Part shown: in pieces, positions 1 to 8,135 of the stretch
Layout: each line of letters opens with the position of its first letter
Numbering within the stretch: the first letter of the stretch is position 1
Source of the DNA: Octopus sinensis
Lineage: Eukaryota
Reading direction: 5' to 3'
Assembly: GCF_006345805.1 (NCBI RefSeq)
Contig: NW_021826741.1
Location: forward strand, 1-11,768
DNA length: 11,768 nt
Program-made: the position numbers and the translations under genes
Notes under the pieces: generated by a model
Told to the model about the DNA's origin: nothing
Database searches by the model: none
The model's input: only the letters and a program-made list of their open reading frames with translations

Positions 1-131
1 TGTGTATTACAATATGTACAGGTAGCAAAATAATGCATATGTTTACCTACACAGTCACTCACAAACACAAGTAGAAATATTTAGGACACGAACAGAGATA
101 GGTAGATAGATAAACAAAGAAAGAAAGAAAC

Positions 132-133
<2 letters not shown>

Positions 134-182
<49 letters not shown>

Positions 183-200
183 GACGGAAGGAGAGAGGGT
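134..200. repeat. (GA)n microsatellite
   Basis: Direct reading of the GA dinucleotide run. Confidence 0.95.
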
Positions 201-920
201 GAGAACAAAAGTGTGGAAACATCTGCGTCCTAATTTGTACGTGGAAGTGGTATAGTTTCACGACAATTTCACTTCGATCTTATCTTATAATCTACAGATA
301 ACAACCAAGTTGATGGTGCGAGATACACGTTTTGTTAACGCAGGTTGTAGTGGAATGAAATATCATCAGTGCATGTCATCTCTTTGAGCCAAATTCGAAG
401 AAAAGAACAAGGAATGAAAACAACATGCATCCCTACTCCAGTATTAATGCTACGAGCACGTATTCACCTCAGTTCTCTCCAAGTATATCCAAGGTGCGAT
501 GAATAAGTTTTGGTGGCGGTGTTTCTGTCTCTCCGTTGTAGCTGGAACAAGGAAAATGTGTTCATGGTTTTATCCTGTCCACACTTGATTTACGCGTTCA
601 CTACCGCAATTTCGTTGAGGCTTAGCAGCCCTTCCTGTTTGTTTCGCTGTCCTGTTTGTGTAACCTATTTTGACCCTCCGCTAAATCCCAAATGTTAGTT
701 AATTTGGTTTGCGGGAGCAACTGTTTTATCGAAAGCGTATATTGTTGTAAAATGCTCGAAATACGAGACTAGAAAAAAAAGGATAACAACTGATGAAGGG
801 TCGTTCTTTATGTTGTTTGTTTTGTTTTACCCTTGTGTCTATGTACTCGTGCTTCGTATTTTTATGTTGTACACGTTTCATGACGTCCTGTACCCATATA
901 TGTTTATATATATATATGTA

Positions 921-1352
921 GCCTGTTCAGTTGGAGGTGATGGTCGAGTTTGTTCAAAACCTTCGTAACGCGAGCGTTCCTGTTGTCCTTGATTGCTTAG
1001 GATAAAAACTGACCATTTCTCATTTTGTATTAGGAATAACGAATATCTAAGGAACTCAGACACTCCCTAGTTCCTGGCAATGAACCTGATTGATTTGGAG
1101 GGATCGTCATAAATCATGGCATGAATCTCACCAACAAATAATGGAGTACTTATTGGAATAATCGGAGTGAGTTTCCCTAGCTGTCGTACCTTCGTAATTA
1201 CAATTAGACTCATCCAACTCTTTCCGAATCTTCTGCACTGTCCTCAGATTGACACCCAAACACTCTGAAATGTTCGTACTGGAGATTCCGGCGCGAATAC
1301 CCAGCAGTATAGCATGTAATTTCTAAATTTCTGTCAGAGTGAATTACGTCAT
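921..1352 (-). pseudogene. Decayed Tc1/mariner transposase N-terminal HTH region
   Basis: Hand translation from the ATG at 1352: MT*FTLTEI*KLHAILLGIRAGISSTNISECLGVNLRTVQKIRKELDES...(frameshift)TPLFVGEIHAMIYDDPSKSIRFIARN*GVSEFL...(frameshift)DIRYS*YKMRNGQFLS*AIKDNRNARVTKVLNKL. This shows two HTH-like blocks typical of Tc1/mariner transposases, with stops and frameshifts. No DDE/D domain is present. Confidence 0.8.
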
Positions 1353-1487
1353 CGTGCTGCTTTTCTCATAGACGGGGCCCAAGTGACCCTACTATACTGT
1401 GTAGTCGACAAAATCAAAATCAAACAATGTACGTGCGTAAAATTCAAAATATAAACGGGCAACAATTTGCCCATCGCATCCAGAGTG
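921..1487 (-). mobile_element. Truncated Tc1/mariner-superfamily DNA transposon (5' terminus plus start of transposase; possibly maT/DD37D-like)
   Basis: The minus strand starts TA|CACTCTGGATGCGATGGG at 1487, abutting a (TA)n tract, followed by a leader and a decayed transposase N-terminus. The element breaks off at about 921 next to another TA run, and no second TIR is seen. Confidence 0.8.
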
Positions 1488-1520
<33 letters not shown>

Positions 1521-1524
1521 GAAT

Positions 1525-1566
<42 letters not shown>

Positions 1567-1625
1567 ATATATATATAATATATACGTATGTATGAATGAA
1601 TATATATATATAATTATATACATAA
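1488..1625. repeat. Compound (TA)n/(TATG)n microsatellite
   Basis: Direct reading. Confidence 0.95.
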
Positions 1626-2884
1626 TTATAACAAGGGTTGTGCTACTACACACTGAAAAATAGACGTCAATTTGAAGATGGCTCAGTCTCCGTATTCCTT
1701 GTAACTGTATACATACGCACACGCACACGCACACACACACGCAAACACACATATATATATATAAATATATACATACGTTATATACGGTACATATGTACTT
1801 GTGAATTTCAATTTATTTGCACATCTTGGTTCTTAAATTTTAGTCTGTTTTATCAAATCTGGAATGAGAATGTGAAGTTCATCGCTGAAGAGATTTGAAC
1901 TCACAGCAAAAGAAAAGCCTAACTAGAACACTGCAAAACGTTAATTTTGGCACGCTCTCATTTCCGACGCTCTACTGCCCACGGTCATTGTGTAATATTA
2001 ACATGAAATTGAAACGCATCGTAGTTTAGTAATAAAATATTGAGGAGTGCAAGTCAGCCATGAGGTGAATAGCTTCAAAATTAAATATCTGACATTCAAT
2101 AATAGTGTGCAACATATTAGGTTATAAAATCGCAGCTTTTCCATCATGTTATTTATTGTCTGATGTCTACAAAAAAGCAATTGTTTGTAAATGTAATTTG
2201 ACATTCAGAAATTAAACTTTACCCTCAACTTTCCACATCGCAATTGTTTTTGTGTTTTTATCTAGTTGATAGGTGACATAAAGTTGTTTCTAATTAACAT
2301 ACTTTTATATTTCTGTTTGGTTTATTATTTTTTTTTTATTATTCTTGGAATAAGAATTGTTAATATTGTGAATTTTATCGCTTTCCGAGTAAAAAGTTTA
2401 ATTCGTGTAATTAAATTTTCAACATGTTAATTGTTCTTCTGTCAATTTGCATATCAATAAAGCATTTGGTAAAAGAGAAAAAAAAACGTGCGAAGACATT
2501 ATTATTGTTTTGTTTTTTCATTATAAGTGGCAACTTTCTGAATGGTTGTCAAACATGTGTGATAAGTATGGCAAAATTGCTGTTTTCTTTTTCTTTTTCT
2601 CTCCAGTTTTATAATTTTAAGACAAATACCATTAGAGATAAAATTGCCGCGTATATACGATAGGTATTTCTAGTCTTTGAGATACAATAAAAATCTGCTG
2701 CCAATGACAGTTAATTCAGTGAATCGTTTGAAATGACACGTAATTTCTCGTTAGATCTCTGAAAATGGTGGGAAATGGGAAAGAGGATCACTGTTGTATT
2801 TATGGTACGATGACATCTCATTCCATCTATATCCTAGTAATATGAAAATCATACGTATCTAAGGGACTATTGTTCGACGATAAT

Positions 2885-3037
2885 ATATGTGTGTGTGTAT
2901 GTATATACGTATATCTATGTATGTATGTATCCATGTATGTATGTATGTATGTATGTATGTATGTATGTATGTATGTATGTATCTATCTATCAATATATCT
3001 ATCTATCTATCTATCTATCTATATATATATATATATA
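2885..3037. repeat. Compound (TG)n-(TATG)n-(TATC)n-(TA)n microsatellite
   Basis: Direct reading. Confidence 0.95.
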
Positions 3038-3346
3038 AAATATTTAAAGTGAAAAAGCACAGAAATCTTGTTTGTGTAGATAAAGATTATTTAATCCATT
3101 ACAATATGACAGAGTCGATCGGTTTCGCTTCGCTAATCATGACTCAATGTTTTGAAATCTGTTTCTAGTTTCATATCTTTCGAAAACTGTAGCCCCTTTA
3201 TTTAGCCGTTGTTGAGTTGAGGTACTTTCCTGCATTGGTATAGAGGGATTATTGGGAATTGTGGTTGCCGTGCCTTGACACTTTTGTCTATGTGACCACT
3301 GAGTGGTATTTTATGGTATTGGGGTGATAGATTTGTTGTTTGTGTA
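3038..3346 (-). mobile_element. 5'-truncated Penelope-like element 3' end (GIY-YIG C-terminus + HHR-like motif + tail), inverted copy
   Basis: The minus strand translates, with frameshifts, as HKQQIYHP.YHKIPLSGHIDK...QPQFPIIPLYQC..ESTSTQQRLNKGATVFERY. It is the reverse complement of 3399-3870 apart from a gap of about 150 bp, and it ends at (TA)n. Confidence 0.75.
3112..3145 (-). ncRNA. Minimal type I hammerhead-like motif with A3-U8 core variant
   Basis: GAGUC-AUGAUUA-GC(GAA)GC-GAAA-CCGA-UC|GACUC: perfect 5-bp stem I, 2-bp stem II, GAAA, and near-palindromic ACCGAU in place of stem III. Confidence 0.6.
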
Positions 3347-3906
3347 CTAAAGAACTATATAAGTTCAACATGAATGTCCCTAAGACATAGATCTACACTA
3401 CACAGACAACAAATCTATCACCTACAATACCGTACAATAATACTCTGTACTAAGGAATGCCAATCACAATTCACAATATTCCAATTATAACAACGCACAG
3501 AAAGTAGCTCGACTCAGCAACGACTAAATAAAGAGGCTGCATTTATTGAAAGATACAAACCAGAACATATAATGGAATTCACAAATTAACGGGAAAAAGC
3601 GAAAACAAAATATCTACATCCGTTTAGCTAAAAGTACATATTATATTCACTGATTATTCTCCTCGAGCTATAATCTCTTGTACCATACTTGCTTCTACGC
3701 AAAACTGTATCATACTTGCATCTATGCAAGATTAAATCAAAAACTTATGATTTCATAAGATTTAATCATGATTAGCGAAGCGAAACTGGTCGGCTCTGTT
3801 CATATTGTAATGGATTAAATAATCTTCGTCTACATAAAAAAAGATTTCTGCGTTTTTCACCTCAAAACTTATTGTATACTTACAACAACGTGGAATCTCC
3901 CTCCGA
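3347..3906 (+). mobile_element. 5'-truncated Penelope-like element 3' end (GIY-YIG second half + 3'UTR with HHR-like motif)
   Basis: One frame over 3350-3589 reads KNYISST*MSLRHRSTLHRQQIYHLQYRTIILCTKECQSQFTIFQL*QRTESSSTQQRLNKEAAFIERYKPEH. This is a decayed YIGxT motif, an R..HRQQI helix and the C-terminal KE..FI..YKP motif characteristic of PLE GIY-YIG endonucleases. The tail ends at (AT)n 3907-3920. Confidence 0.78.
3763..3796 (+). ncRNA. Minimal type I hammerhead-like motif with A3-U8 core variant (second copy)
   Basis: UAAUC-AUGAUUA-GC(GAA)GC-GAAA-CUGG-UC|GGCUC. The core and stem II are identical to the 3112-3145 copy, stem I is decayed, and the putative cleavage triplet is GUC. Confidence 0.5.
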
Positions 3907-3920
3907 ATATATATATATAT

Positions 3921-4075
3921 GTAGGGTGAATTCACGGAAAAACAACAAAAAAACAAAAGCCGAAGACAGGTGGTGTAGAAAACAAACAGATGTATTAGTA
4001 TGACGCTCGGGAATTGAAAAAGACTTTTACGTTTCGAGCCTACGCTCTTACACAGAAAGAAGCAAGGATAGTAAA
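3921..4075 (-). mobile_element. Short PLE-type tail carrying a minimal HHR-like motif
   Basis: Non-repetitive island between (AT)n and (TA)/(TATG)n, with an HHR-like fold at 4024-4059 and a minus-strand 3' end ...CCCTAC|(AT)n. Confidence 0.55.
4024..4059 (-). ncRNA. Minimal type I hammerhead-like motif, degenerate core
   Basis: CUUU-CUGUGUAA-GAGC(GUAG)GCUC-GAAA-CG-UA|AAAG: perfect 4-bp stems I and II, GAAA, and an ACGU palindrome. The 8-nt core departs from CUGANGA. Confidence 0.55.
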
Positions 4076-4091
4076 AATGTGTATAGTGGCT

Positions 4092-4098
4092 ATACATA

Positions 4099-4134
<36 letters not shown>

Positions 4135-4175
4135 TGTATGTATGTATGTATGTATGCACGTATGCATGTATGTAT
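4092..4175. repeat. (TA)n/(TATG)n microsatellite
   Basis: Direct reading. Confidence 0.95.
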
Positions 4176-4289
4176 AATCCAAGGAAAATGGGGAAGAGAA
4201 GCATCCAGTTTTTCACTGCCTCCACAGTTACGTACCAAATTTTGCAGAGAAAAAAGATCTTTAGAAATTACATGTATATATATTAAATT

Positions 4290-4717
4290 TTAAAAATTAA
4301 TAGAAAATGGAGATGCATAACAATTGGCAATCCAAAAATTAAAATTTAAAATTTATTAGCAAAAATGTTCCAATTCTTGGCCATAATAAAATTATAAAAT
4401 TTCATTGGCTTTTGGACAAGAATCTCCTCATATATATTAGGATTTAAATATCCAATAAGACCGAATTCAGTCTTATTGGATATGTGATATATTTTTGGAT
4501 ATATACTTGGCCAAAAGACAATGAATTTTTATAATTTTATTATGGCCAAGAATTGTAACATTTATATGTGATTTATATTTAATATCTATTACTTATTATA
4601 TTGTATTATATTATATTATTATAAGAATATAATATAATATACTATTATGCTAATAAGTTATAATTTTTAATTTTTAATTGCCAATTGTTATACATCATCA
4701 TTTTCTATTATTTTTAC
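4290..4717. repeat. Long imperfect inverted repeat (foldback/MITE-like)
   Basis: Perfect 14-bp inner arms 4448-4461/4470-4483. About 4370-4420 matches the reverse complement of about 4507-4556 with 3 mismatches in 50. The outer arms at about 4298-4365 and 4645-4710 also match. The right arm has an AT-rich insertion of about 85 bp. Confidence 0.85.
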
Positions 4718-5625
4718 ATATTCACACATATATATATATATAGGTTTTAGTGCATCTATCTAAGTAAGTTTGTATGTGTGTGTATGTGTGTGTGTTCTGC
4801 AGGCAAAAGGAAAAGGGATATTGCATGAGTAAATGTTTTGTTTCACACTTTAAAAAGAAAGAAATTTGCATTAACGTTTCGGACGGCTAGTGCTTCTCTC
4901 CAAAGAAAGGATGCAAGGAGATTGAAAGAGTGTGAAAGACGAAAAGTGAATAAGAGAAGAAACCCGGCGAGACGTTAGCTGCTAGGTGGCAATACGTCTG
5001 CTAGAGGGGAGTTAAGAAGGGATGAGTATGCGGGTGAATATGTGTGTTCATATATATAGAAGTGTATCTGTTTCGTGACGGGACAAATGTTGGGAATTCC
5101 GTGTATATGGAGTTTTGGTGTGTGTATGTGTGTACAGGTGTACACGAATGTACGGGTTTGAGATATTCGCTCGTGTGTAACGATTACGCGTTTGTGAGAA
5201 GATTGTGGAAAAAAAGAGGTGGGAGCGAGTAGGACTGAGAAGTAAAATGGAAGGCAAGGGGAATTATAAGTCGTATTTCTGTGCCTTTAACCCATGAATA
5301 TTCGCAAATGGTGATATCATCGATGGGACACCATAAATCTGGTGAAATTCTATATTGCTGTCGTCGTCGGAAATAACCAGTCTTTGATACTTCAGAAACC
5401 TGTAAGTAACAATGCTATTGATCAATATTAAGACATCGAGGAAAGAAAAGCAGAAAGGAGAGGTATTCTTCTTTCGGCACGAACGGCTATATAATATAAA
5501 ATCGCGCAAATGGTCTTGTGTCCCTGTGTCTTCGTTGGAATTACTATTATTGCATTGAACAATTTACTGTCCATGTATATTTATACAAACATTTAAGCCA
5601 TTCGATTGTTGCTTCATGGTTTTAG

Positions 5626-5855
5626 CCGATCATATCGATCATAATATTTATTTCGGGATGGTACAGAGCGTATCGAACTCAATTTATCGAACCACGGGAC
5701 ATAAAAATGACGGAAAAGTTTTAAATTTGCCTACGGGAATCGAAATACCTGTCATTCGTAAAGTGTACGATAATGCTGACCACTACATTAAAACCGTGGC
5801 AAAACTTGAACCGTCTGAGTTAGAAGCCGTAACCTCATATGCTATTGTTCATTAT
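5626..5855 (+). CDS. Possible internal exon or decayed coding fragment of unknown product (within ORF 5616-6029)
   Basis: The longest non-repetitive ORF in the window, bracketed by TTTTAG (ending 5625) and GTAAGT (5856-5861). The product is not recognised. Confidence 0.25.
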
Positions 5856-6945
5856 GTAAGTGATCTATCGACGAGTAATTCAGCTCACAGATTATCAAGT
5901 TATTTCATATGCTGCAAACTATCTTCAGGTGGAGGGTCTCCTTTGCATGGTGAAGCAGTTAGCGAAAAACAAGAAACTGAGAACAAACGAAACTTACTGA
6001 CCAGTGAAGAAAATGATTGGAAGTGTTAATAAATAACAGGGATATTCTACTTTCTACAAATGTTTCAGCATAGAGAAAAATATAACTGCGTGCAAAATCT
6101 GTCATAGCCTCAATGAAAAATGAGCGTTTATGAACAGGAAATTAGTACTAATCTAATTCAAAGGAGTATACAATATTCCTATTGAGATGATAGAAATTAA
6201 CGGACATCACACGTATGGATCGTTTTCTGAGAAATTATACCACATTGCTTCAGGTTATCCAACACAAACGTACAAAATTCACTTGGGAATACAATAACGT
6301 GCCAAAGTTTCTCTAAATGCAGCTATTGCCCGAAATTCACTTGCTTTCCCAGAAAACCTTCGATGATAAATGATTGTTAAAAATCATATCAATGCTCTGT
6401 AACCAGCTAAAGGACTACCAAACAGAGGCGAGGGATTTTGCTGTAGTATAAAAAGCGAAAATGAGAGGAAGATCGAAGAATTTGATGCTTTGTAGATGCC
6501 TGGCGTGAAAGGTATACACATTAGCGGCATGTCTTTGTTCTAAAGAGGACAAATACAACAAAATAATAATTCAAATTTAACATATATATTGACGATCCAG
6601 AAGGTGCGGTATTGCACCAAATATACTACAAGCTTCTCACGGAAGATTTGAACAGCATTTTACTGAGTTATGTGTGGGAATTATCGGTTAAGTGAAATAC
6701 CCTGAACAACGCCAATGAATATTTAAATTTATGATTTTGTCTATGTATACTTTGTGAATTATTATGAATTATTTTATCATTATTTTCTTTATTTCCGTTT
6801 ACATATATAGTTTAATGGATATTTAATTCGTCCAATTATATATTGCAAATGCGTCTCATAGCATACATCTTTTTATGACCCTGGTAAACGTTTTGTTTTC
6901 TATTTTCCTGTATCGCATCGAGCCCTTGTGGCCAATAGAGAATAA

Positions 6946-7180
6946 ATTATTATTATTACTATTATTATTGAGTGAGAGACCAGTGCATGTCATCAAAATG
7001 AAACTGGGGTAAAATATACGAAGCCCAGTATACCCATCACGACTACCCGTCTGATAAGGGTACACTAGGCATATGCATCACAACCATATGTGCGCGACAT
7101 GATGATCTCATATCAAGATAAACAGCACATGACCTTGCAGGTGGGGCCCAGTTAGAATTTTCTTCTGGTCGAGTAACCCA
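6946..7180 (-). mobile_element. 5'-truncated non-LTR retrotransposon 3' end with (AAT)n tail
   Basis: A higher-GC island of 210 bp (6970-7180) whose minus-strand 3' end runs into (AAT)n (6946-6969). It resembles an abundant octopus retroposon tail (recalled, not searched). Confidence 0.55.
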
Positions 7181-7190
7181 TTACTATTAC

Positions 7191-7248
<58 letters not shown>

Positions 7249-7276
7249 GTTGTTTTTGTTGTTGTTGTTGTTGTTG
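7181..7276. repeat. (ATT)n followed by (GTT)n
   Basis: Direct reading; probably the tail of the adjacent SINE-type fragment. Confidence 0.95.
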
Positions 7277-7287
7277 CAATGCTTACT

Positions 7288-7355
7288 ATTTCAAATTTTA
7301 GCACAAGGCCAGCAATTTAGGGGTAGGGTAATTCGATTACATCGATCCCAATACT
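7288..7355 (-). mobile_element. SINE-type 3' fragment
   Basis: TTCAAATTTTAGCACAAGGCCAGCAATTT...CGATTACATCGATCCCA resembles the 3' end of a very common octopus SINE (recalled). It is followed on the minus strand by (AAC)n/(AAT)n. Confidence 0.55.
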
Positions 7356-7557
7356 CTTATAATCATTATTGCTGTTGTTGCTTGTTGTTGTTGAGTTGCT
7401 GCTGGTGCTGCTGCTGCTCTTGTTACTGTTATAATTACAACTAAGAACTATAAATAGAGACTTGTATTATTCTTAATTAGTATTATTGTTACAGGTTCGT
7501 TGAGATTAAATTTTAAAATATCTACAAGTTTATACGTAATATATATATATATATATG

Positions 7558-7737
7558 TTGTATTTAGGAATGGTCATTTTGCCAGTTTAGCCAATAAAAA
7601 CACACGCACTATATATTTGGTGTTAATTTGCTTCAGCGTTATTCATTTTTTACATTAATCTTAATCTTATTTCGGCCAGAGTTCTTTCGTCACACTTTTA
7701 AACTAGCAAAATGATCATTGACCATTCTTAAATACAA
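7558..7737. mobile_element. MITE-like unit with ~30-bp terminal inverted repeats
   Basis: The left end TTGTATTTAGGAATGGTCATTTTGCCAGTTTA and the right end TAAACTAGCAAAATGA[TCATTGA]CCATTCTTAAATACAA are reverse complements, with 2 substitutions and a 7-bp insertion. Confidence 0.7.
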
Positions 7738-7781
7738 TAACATCTGTTTCAACACACGATTTCACATCAAGAATCTTGCAA

Positions 7782-7823
<42 letters not shown>

Positions 7824-7831
7824 ATAGAAGG

Positions 7832-7882
7832 AGCTTCTACAGGACTAGAACTGTTTCATTCAAAAGAAATCATCAGGAAGCT
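7832..7882 (-). ncRNA. Identical hammerhead candidate on the opposite strand
   Basis: Mirror image of 7895-7945 within the palindrome. Confidence 0.75.
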
Positions 7883-7891
7883 AGGGCTAGA

Positions 7892-8028
7892 CCTAGCTTC
7901 CTGATGATTTCTTTTGAATGAAACAGTTCTAGTCCTGTAGAAGCTCCTTCTATAAAATAATTAATTTACTCTGCTATGTATTGAGTACCTTATTACTGTG
8001 GTTAACCCCGACTCAACCCGGGACCTAC
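7892..8028 (+). mobile_element. Short PLE-type tail (HHR + ~85 nt) ending at (AT)n
   Basis: Unique sequence continues past the palindrome arm to ...GGGACCTAC|(AT)n, the same layout as the PLE tail at 3763-3906. Confidence 0.55.
7895..7945 (+). ncRNA. Type I hammerhead ribozyme candidate
   Basis: AGCUUC-CUGAUGA-U UUC(UUUU)GAA U-GAAA-CAG(UUCUAGUC)CUG-UA|GAAGCU. It has a canonical core, 6-bp stem I and closed stem III, with predicted cleavage after GUA at 7939/7940. The base of stem II is U.U rather than G-C. Confidence 0.75.
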
Positions 8029-8032
8029 ATAT

Positions 8033-8083
<51 letters not shown>

Positions 8084-8084
8084 C

Positions 8085-8116
<32 letters not shown>

Positions 8117-8135
8117 ATATATATATTATATATAC
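8029..8135. repeat. Interrupted (TA)n
   Basis: Direct reading. Confidence 0.95.

Larger units (their letters stand above)
7818..7959. repeat. Perfect inverted repeat, 68-bp arms, 6-nt spacer
   Basis: 7818-7885 is the exact reverse complement of 7892-7959 (checked base by base); the spacer is GCTAGA. Confidence 0.97.

Noticed and set aside
330-378. Minus-strand CTGATGA with a possible ATGCA/TGCGT stem I
   Set aside because: There is no GAAA or stem II between them; probably chance
1660-1712. TTGAAGA-TGG...CCG-TAT...GTA-ACTG as a very decayed hammerhead
   Set aside because: GAAA is absent and the stems are mismatched; it is indistinguishable from noise without a consensus
3678-3762. 27-bp imperfect direct repeat and two short near-palindromes in the PLE 3'UTR
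   Set aside because: Only two units; not a CRISPR-like array, and best treated as internal PLE UTR structure
5264-5509. Minus ORF containing SFLDVLI, reminiscent of a PLE RT motif
   Set aside because: The flanking residues do not continue the RT pattern (no YRKPT-like motif) in the frames I read
6222-6325. Frame MDRFLRNYTTLLQVIQHKRTKFTW resembling a Gypsy RT-RNaseH linker
   Set aside because: The similarity is short and weak, with no neighbouring RT, RNase H or integrase motifs
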